From NCBI GenBank assembly GCA_965209055.1, contig OZ242374.1, forward strand, positions 3,712,001 to 3,776,000: a stretch of DNA of 64,000 bases, written 5' to 3'. The position numbers and the translations under genes were made by a program. This DNA is from Acidobacteriota bacterium (GTDB lineage Bacteria > Acidobacteriota > UBA6911 > RPQK01 > JAJDTT01). Position 1 is the first letter of the stretch, and each line of letters begins with the position of its first letter. Shown here piece by piece: positions 58,097-64,000 of this stretch. The notes under the pieces are model-generated. The model ran no database searches, was not told where the DNA came from, and worked only from the letters and a program-made list of their open reading frames with translations.

Positions 58097-59734
58097 CTAA
58101 TCTTTTAGAAGCCGCTTCAGTATTTTCCCGATCGCGCTCTTGGGAAGCTCGTCCCGGAATTCCACGTATCTGGGGATCTTGAATCGAGCCAGCTTCCCAT
58201 GGCAGAAGCGAATCACGTCCCGTTGGGCCAGCTCGTGACCTTCCTTGAGCACGATGAAGGCCTTGGGGACCTCGCCCCGAACCTTGCTGGGGACGCCAAC
58301 CACGGCAGCATCCTGGACGCTGGGGTGCTGGTAGAGGACCTCCTCCACTTCGCGGGAATAGATGTTCATTCCGGCGCTCAGGATCAGATCCTTCTTCCGG
58401 TCGACGATGGAGAAGTACCCGTCCTTATCCATCACCGCCATGTCGCCGGTCTTGAGCCAGCCGTCCTGCAGCACGTTTGCGGTCTCTTCCGGTTTGTTCC
58501 AGTAGCCTTGCATCACCTGTGGTCCGGAGACTGAAAGCTCGCCCACCTCGCCTTGGGGCAGGACCTCCCCGGTGTCGCCGTCCACGATCCGCGCATCGGT
58601 GTCGGCGACGGGCACTCCGATGGTTCCATTCTTGCGATTGCCGAAGATCGGGTTCACGCTCACGATCGGTGAAGCCTCGGAGAGGCCGTAGCCCTCCACC
58701 AATTTTCCGCCGCTCATCTCCTCGAAGCGGGCCTGCACGTCGGATGGCAGGCCGGCTCCGCCACTGACGCAGAGGCGGATGGAGGAGAGGTCCGAACTCG
58801 TGATGCCCGTGTAATTGTTGATGGCGTTGTACATGGCCGGGACGCCGCAAAAGATGGTGGGCCGGTGCTTGCGGATTCGCTTGACCACGTCGGCCAGATC
58901 GACACGGGGAAGGAGAATCATGGTAAAGCGGCAGAGGATGGCCAGATGAAGACCGGTGGTCAGGCCGTAGCTGTGGAAGAAGGGGAGGGCGCAGAGCAGG
59001 ATCTCCTTCCTCATTTGAAGGTCCGAGAGCCACGACTTGGTCTGGTGAACGTTGCAGACCAGGTTGCGGTGGGTCAGGGTCGCCCCTTTGGAGAGCCCGG
59101 TGGTGCCTCCGGTGTAGAGCAGCATGGCGGTATCGTCCGGTGCGATCGCCGGGGCCTCCCGGGACGGGACCTTGCGCTTCATCAGCTCGCGGTACTCATA
59201 CAGTCCGGGCGCCGTTGGCGGCGGCTCGGATGACCGGTTCTTGAGTCCGTACAGAATTCCCAGGATGGCAGGCAGAAACTCCTGGATTCCGGCCGAGATG
59301 ATCCGTTTCACCGGCGTCTTTTCGCGGACCGCAAGCAGGCGCCCCATGAGCTTGTCCAGCACCACCACCGTTTCCGCCCCCGAGTCGGTGAGCTGATACT
59401 GCAGCTCGCGCTCCACGTAGAGGGGGTTGGTGGGCACCAGGACGGCCCCCAGCTTCAGAACCGCGAAATGGGCGATGGGGTACAGAGGCATGTTGGGCAG
59501 TATCAGGGCCACCCGATCCCCCTTTTTCACACCCAGGGATGCCAGGACCGTGGCAAATTGGTCCACTTTTTTCCCCAACTCGCCAAACCGCGTCCGGCGG
59601 CCGAAAAAACGAGTCGCAGTGCCGCGGGGATGATCCTCCACGGCTTGCCGAAACATGGAGTAGAGGTCGATATCCGGATAGTCAATGGTTGTGGGGACAG
59701 CCTCGTCGTAGTGTCGCAACCAGATCTTTTCCAC
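58097..59734 (-). CDS. Long-chain fatty acid-CoA ligase
   Basis: YTGGTTGLSKGA, EGYGLSE, TGD, DRKKD, PKSAIGKIL; GTG start at VEKIWL. Confidence 0.92.
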   Translation of the reverse strand: MEKIWLRHYDEAVPTTIDYPDIDLYSMFRQAVEDHPRGTATRFFGRRTRFGELGKKVDQFATVLASLGVKKGDRVALILPNMPLYPIAHFAVLKLGAVLVPTNPLYVERELQYQLTDSGAETVVVLDKLMGRLLAVREKTPVKRIISAGIQEFLPAILGILYGLKNRSSEPPPTAPGLYEYRELMKRKVPSREAPAIAPDDTAMLLYTGGTTGLSKGATLTHRNLVCNVHQTKSWLSDLQMRKEILLCALPFFHSYGLTTGLHLAILCRFTMILLPRVDLADVVKRIRKHRPTIFCGVPAMYNAINNYTGITSSDLSSIRLCVSGGAGLPSDVQARFEEMSGGKLVEGYGLSEASPIVSVNPIFGNRKNGTIGVPVADTDARIVDGDTGEVLPQGEVGELSVSGPQVMQGYWNKPEETANVLQDGWLKTGDMAVMDKDGYFSIVDRKKDLILSAGMNIYSREVEEVLYQHPSVQDAAVVGVPSKVRGEVPKAFIVLKEGHELAQRDVIRFCHGKLARFKIPRYVEFRDELPKSAIGKILKRLLKD

Positions 59735-59924
59735 GGTGTTCTCCAGGGTGAGCCGAAGGTGAATCGACCAGACTATAGCAGTTCCGGCAACGATCCCGAA
59801 ACTCCCCCTTTCCATCGGAAAGCAGCGGAGGGAAGGGTCATCGTGAACGGTGCGGTGCAGGCGTCTCCCATGCTGGAACGCGGCGCTTCCGTCGATATAC
59901 TGAGGAGCGTGGAGACGGATGCCC

Positions 59925-60950
59925 ATGAGCGAGCCGCCCTTTGACGCGCTGCTGGTTATTTCCTTCGGAGGACCCGAGGGCATGGACGAAGTGGAGCCGT
60001 TTCTCAGGAACGTTCTGCGGGGCAAGCGCGTGCCGGAGGAGAGGATCCGGGAAGTGGCTCATCATTACCGGATCTTCGATGGCGTGAGCCCCATCAATCG
60101 GCAGAACCGGGAGCTGATCGAAGACCTGCGCCGGGAACTGAGGGAGAAGGGGCCCGATCTGCCCATCTATTGGGGAAATCGAAACTGGCATCCCTTGCTT
60201 TCGCAGACTCTCAGAGAGATGGCCGCCGACGGCATCAGGAAGGCGCTGGCCTTCGTGACCTCGGCCTACAGTTCCTATTCCGGATGCCGCCAGTACCTGG
60301 AGGATATCCGGCGTTCCCAGAAGGAGACGGGGGCTCCGCCGCCGGAAATCCATAAACTCCGGGTCTTTTACAATCATCCGGGCTTCATCGAATCCAATCG
60401 GGATCGAGTTCGGGCCGCCTTGGAGCAGATTCCCGGGGACAGGAGGCCCCGGGCGCAACTGCTGTTCACCGCGCACAGCATTCCACTGGCCATGGCCCGG
60501 GGCTGCGACTACGTGGACCAGTTGCGGGAGACCTGTCGGCTGGTGGCGGAACAGGTTCCTCATTCCGCGTGGAGCCTGGCCTACCAGAGCCGCAGCGGAC
60601 CGCCTCACCAGCCCTGGTTGGAGCCGGATGCCGGCGACCATCTCCAGGTACTTGCCGGCCGGGGTGTCCGGGACGTGGTGGTTTCTCCCGTCGGCTTCAT
60701 CTCCGACCATATGGAGGTGGTCTTCGACCTGGATGTAGAGCTGATGGATCAGGCCCGCTCACTGGGACTGAATCTGGTGCGAGCCGCGACGGCGGGGACC
60801 CATGCCGCTTTCGTGAGCATGGTCGGAGAACTGATCCGGGAACGGACGGACGGAGTCCGGCGCCGGTATTCGGGTTCCCGTGAGCCTGCGCCCGATACCT
60901 GTCCGGAGGGTTGCTGTCCCTACTCGATTGCGGCTCCGGCGCGATCTTGA
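59925..60950 (+). CDS. hemH: Ferrochelatase
   Basis: SFGGPEG, GNRNWHP, FTAHSIP, YQSRSGP...WLEPD, GFISDHMEV.FDLD. Confidence 0.95.
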   Translation: MSEPPFDALLVISFGGPEGMDEVEPFLRNVLRGKRVPEERIREVAHHYRIFDGVSPINRQNRELIEDLRRELREKGPDLPIYWGNRNWHPLLSQTLREMAADGIRKALAFVTSAYSSYSGCRQYLEDIRRSQKETGAPPPEIHKLRVFYNHPGFIESNRDRVRAALEQIPGDRRPRAQLLFTAHSIPLAMARGCDYVDQLRETCRLVAEQVPHSAWSLAYQSRSGPPHQPWLEPDAGDHLQVLAGRGVRDVVVSPVGFISDHMEVVFDLDVELMDQARSLGLNLVRAATAGTHAAFVSMVGELIRERTDGVRRRYSGSREPAPDTCPEGCCPYSIAAPARS

Positions 60951-61030
60951 ACGGACGTTGTCCCTGGCCCGCGAAACGCGCCCGGAACTCGATGCTCGCG
61001 CCGAGCCGTTTGTGCTAACATCGCCGCACG

Positions 61031-61984
61031 ATGGTCAAGAAGCTGGTCCTGGCGAGTCCCCGGGGTTTCTGTGCCGGAGTGGTTCGAGCCATTGACGTCG
61101 TCCGGATTGCACTTGACGTCTGTCCCCCGCCCATCTATGTGAGAAAGCAGATCATTCACAACGCGTACGTGGTGGACGAGCTCCGCAGGGAAGGCGCCAT
61201 CTTCGTCGATTCGCTGGAACAGGTGCCCTCGGGAGGGACGGTCATCTTCAGTGCGCACGGCGTGTCTCCCGAGGTCTGGGCCGATGCCCGATCCAGATCG
61301 CTCAAGGTCATCGACGCCACCTGCCCGCTGGTCACGAAGGTGCATGTCGAGGCCATCCGGTATTCCAAGCGGGGATTCACCATCGTCCTCATCGGTCACG
61401 AGGGACACGAAGAGGTCGTCGGGACCATGGGAGAGGCTCCTGATGCCATCGTATTGGTGAGCACCACCGATGACGTCGAGAAGCTCGAGGTCAAGGATCC
61501 TGGAAAAATCGCCTACCTGACCCAGACCACACTGAGTCTCGAGGACACGAAGGGGATAATCGCGGCGTTGAGACGGCGTTTCCCCATGATCCAGGGACCA
61601 CCATCGGAAGACATCTGTTACGCGACGCAGAACCGGCAGCTTGCGGTGAAGGAACTGGCCGCGGCCACGGACCTGATTCTGGTCGTGGGATCATCCAACA
61701 GCAGCAATTCCAATCGCCTGGTCGAGGAAGCGATCGCGTCGGGTGTCCCTTCGTATCTCATCGGCGATGTGAGCAAGATCCGGCAGGAATGGCTCCTTGG
61801 CGTGGAGAACGTGGGCCTGACGTCGGGTGCATCGGCCCCCGAAGTCCTGGTCGATCAGGTTGTCCGCTACTTCGAGCGCGGCGGGGCCGTCGTCGAGGAT
61901 CTGGTGACCCGGGAGGAGAACGTCCACTTCGCCCTTCCTCCCGAGCTGAGGCAGCCGCAGAGCCAATTGCACGTGCTTTCGTAA
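61031..61984 (+). CDS. ispH: 4-hydroxy-3-methylbut-2-enyl diphosphate reductase
   Basis: PRGFCAGV, SAHG, DATCPLVTKVH, DICYATQNRQ, SSNS.RL, GASAP. Confidence 0.97.
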   Translation: MVKKLVLASPRGFCAGVVRAIDVVRIALDVCPPPIYVRKQIIHNAYVVDELRREGAIFVDSLEQVPSGGTVIFSAHGVSPEVWADARSRSLKVIDATCPLVTKVHVEAIRYSKRGFTIVLIGHEGHEEVVGTMGEAPDAIVLVSTTDDVEKLEVKDPGKIAYLTQTTLSLEDTKGIIAALRRRFPMIQGPPSEDICYATQNRQLAVKELAAATDLILVVGSSNSSNSNRLVEEAIASGVPSYLIGDVSKIRQEWLLGVENVGLTSGASAPEVLVDQVVRYFERGGAVVEDLVTREENVHFALPPELRQPQSQLHVLS

Positions 61985-62051
61985 CGGCCGCGCGACTGCC
62001 GGCGGCAACGTTCCCATCTGAAGCAAATTTCTGCGCCGGAGAGGGAGAGGC

Positions 62052-62399
62052 ATGTCGAAGCAGATTCTGGAGACCTTTCCGAACCAATATCCGGGCCGGG
62101 AGTACCAGGTCAACATCGAATGCCCCGAGTTCACGTCGTTGTGCCCCAAGACGGGACAGCCGGACTTCGGGACCATTCGGATCCGGTACGTTCCGGATCA
62201 ACACATCATCGAATTGAAGGCCCTGAAGTTCTACCTGTTCTCTTATCGGAACCAGGGAATCTTCTATGAATCGGTGGTCAACAGGATCCTGGACGACCTG
62301 GTGGCCGCGTCCCGGCCGATTCGCTGCGAAGTGATCGGGGACTTTACCGTCCGGGGAGGCATCTCCACTTCGGTTCGAGCCGTTTACGAAGGGGAGTGA
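62052..62399 (+). CDS. queF: NADPH-dependent preQ0 reductase (short type I)
   Basis: PEFTSLCPKTGQPDF, ELKALKFYL, RGGI. Confidence 0.95.
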   Translation: MSKQILETFPNQYPGREYQVNIECPEFTSLCPKTGQPDFGTIRIRYVPDQHIIELKALKFYLFSYRNQGIFYESVVNRILDDLVAASRPIRCEVIGDFTVRGGISTSVRAVYEGE

Positions 62400-62403
62400 G
62401 GCT

Positions 62404-63411
62404 TTGGTGGACCTGATCGAACTGACCCGGTCTCTGGTGAACATCCCTTCGGTGACGGGAGACGAAGGACCCGTCGGACGCTTCCTGCTGGAGTCCCTTC
62501 AGAACCGGGGATGGAACTGCCGGTCCCAGACCGTCACCGGGGACCGTATCAATGTGCTGGCCATCCGGGATGAGCCACGGATTCTGCTAACGACCCACAT
62601 GGATACGGTCCCTCCCTTCTTCGAGTTCCGCCAGGATGAGGAATTCATGTACGGGCGCGGCGTTTCGGATGCCAAAGGGCTCATCGCGGCCATGATCTGC
62701 GCCGCGGACGGACTCCTCCAGGAGGGCATCTCGGACGTGGGCCTTCTCTTCGTGGTGGGGGAGGAGACGGAAAGCGACGGCGCCTGGAAGGCCCGGGAGC
62801 TGGGTCTGCGTTGCGACTACATCATTGATGGCGAGCCCACCGACAACGAACTGGTGGTGGGACACAAGGGCATGGTCTACGCCGTCTTGAGCTGTGACGG
62901 GGTCACGGCCCATTCCGCCTATCCGGAGCAGGGCGTGTCGGCCATCGACAAGCTCGTCTCCCTGCTGGCCGGGTTGCAGACCCTGGAGTTCCCCTCCGAC
63001 GCCACACTCGGTGAGACCACCATCAACGTGGGGTTGATCCGGGGAGGCCATGCTCCGAACGTGATTCCCGATCTGGCCGAAGCCGAGATCCTTTTCCGGA
63101 CCGTAGCGGAAAGCGCGGCCTACGTGGACATCCTGAAGGAATGGGCTTCCGGGCGGGCGAATCTGGAGATCCGTGCGACCTCGGAACCTCAGGAAATGGC
63201 GTCCATCCCCGGGTTGCCCACGAAGGTCGTGGGGTACGGCACGGATGTGCCGGCTTTGAGGGCCCTGGGCCGCCCGTTACTGGTGGGGCCCGGGTCCATT
63301 CTGGTGGCCCACACGGCCGAAGAGAGGGTTTCCAAGGCCGAACTGGAGGCCGGCGTCCGCCTCTACCAGGACCTGGTGCGGAGACTCCGTGTCGAGGACC
63401 CCGGCTCGTGA
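62404..63411 (+). CDS. M20-family metallo-hydrolase (acetylornithine deacetylase-like)
   Basis: THMDTVPP, GRGVSDAKG, GEE, GEPT, AHT.EE. Confidence 0.9.
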   Translation: MVDLIELTRSLVNIPSVTGDEGPVGRFLLESLQNRGWNCRSQTVTGDRINVLAIRDEPRILLTTHMDTVPPFFEFRQDEEFMYGRGVSDAKGLIAAMICAADGLLQEGISDVGLLFVVGEETESDGAWKARELGLRCDYIIDGEPTDNELVVGHKGMVYAVLSCDGVTAHSAYPEQGVSAIDKLVSLLAGLQTLEFPSDATLGETTINVGLIRGGHAPNVIPDLAEAEILFRTVAESAAYVDILKEWASGRANLEIRATSEPQEMASIPGLPTKVVGYGTDVPALRALGRPLLVGPGSILVAHTAEERVSKAELEAGVRLYQDLVRRLRVEDPGS

Positions 63412-63430
63412 CGCGGCCGTGTCCCGCGGT

Positions 63431-64000
63431 TCAGTACGCTGCGCGCTGAATATAGTCGGAGAAGTCCCGAAAGTTGGGGATGTACTCGTCGTAGGAAAGG
63501 TCCTTCCGGGATCTGGGCGTCGAAAAACCCGGACCCAACAGAAGGACCGGAATACGATAGCGATCACAGGCTTGGTTCAGCACCCGGAACCGGTCTTTCA
63601 AATTGGCGCTCAGTCCTTTCCGGGCCAGGACGCAGGCCATGTTCACCGGCTGCTCCTCCACGATTTCGGCCATCGCCTCGAAGGGAACCCTGCTGCCAAG
63701 ATTCAGGGCGTCCCATCCTTCTTCGTTCAAGGCCCGGGAGATTCCGTTGACGAGATGGCTGCAGTAGGCGGCAGGCGCCGCGCAGAGGCCGGTCTTGCCC
63801 AGAGGTCTGCGGCGGACCACACCTGGAAAGAAATAGTACAAGGCCTCTTCGAGATTCTTTTCCACCAGCCGAGCCTGACCCAACCGCATGGAATTGGAGG
63901 AATGGTTTCCGTGGGAACGCATGAATATGGGGGTCAGCACCTCGTCGTAGAGGTCTGCCACGCTCAATCCACGAATGTAGAGCCGCTCCAGCAAATCCTT
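63431..64000 (-). CDS. Cobalamin-binding-domain-like protein (5' part outside window)
   Basis: LYDEVLTP helical cap, GWDALNLGSRVP and PVLLLGPG Rossmann strands; the frame is open to the window edge. Confidence 0.6.
   Translation of the reverse strand, partial: KDLLERLYIRGLSVADLYDEVLTPIFMRSHGNHSSNSMRLGQARLVEKNLEEALYYFFPGVVRRRPLGKTGLCAAPAAYCSHLVNGISRALNEEGWDALNLGSRVPFEAMAEIVEEQPVNMACVLARKGLSANLKDRFRVLNQACDRYRIPVLLLGPGFSTPRSRKDLSYDEYIPNFRDFSDYIQRAAY

Noticed and set aside
59693-59700. GGGGACAG matches inside genes (also near 1908 and 60434)
   Set aside because: They lack stutter flanks and the TC extension, and are expected by chance at this GC content.
61985-62051. preQ1 riboswitch upstream of queF
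   Set aside because: No recognisable preQ1 stem-loop with an A-rich tail.

Overview
GC-rich bacterial window. The gene content (PVC-type heme-c protein, FG-GAP and PQQ-like propellers, many Tat/Sec-exported enzymes) is compatible with an Acidobacteriota-like genome, but that is inference. Core or metabolic genes include a phosphate uptake operon (oprP-like porin, pstSCAB, phoU) with a candidate Pho box, polB, ilvD, hemH, ispH, queF, a sugar ABC transporter, SDRs and hydrolases. Mobile or accessory content includes a complete IS5-family element (CTAG target duplication) splitting an AT-richer PIN-like gene inside a ~246-bp direct duplication, a DUF6516/HTH toxin-antitoxin-like pair, GGAG-type REP/REPIN palindromes, and a REP-associated-type HUH (Y1) tyrosine transposase. 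The most unusual signal is a non-palindromic core, (A)AGGGGACAG(TC), found at seven intergenic loci and each time surrounded by short local 'stutter' duplications. These loci bracket the HUH transposase in inverted orientation and separate small foreign-looking genes elsewhere. This suggests a possible HUH-driven gene-cassette capture/shuffling system, which is a hypothesis only. All product calls come from motif recognition, with no database search.
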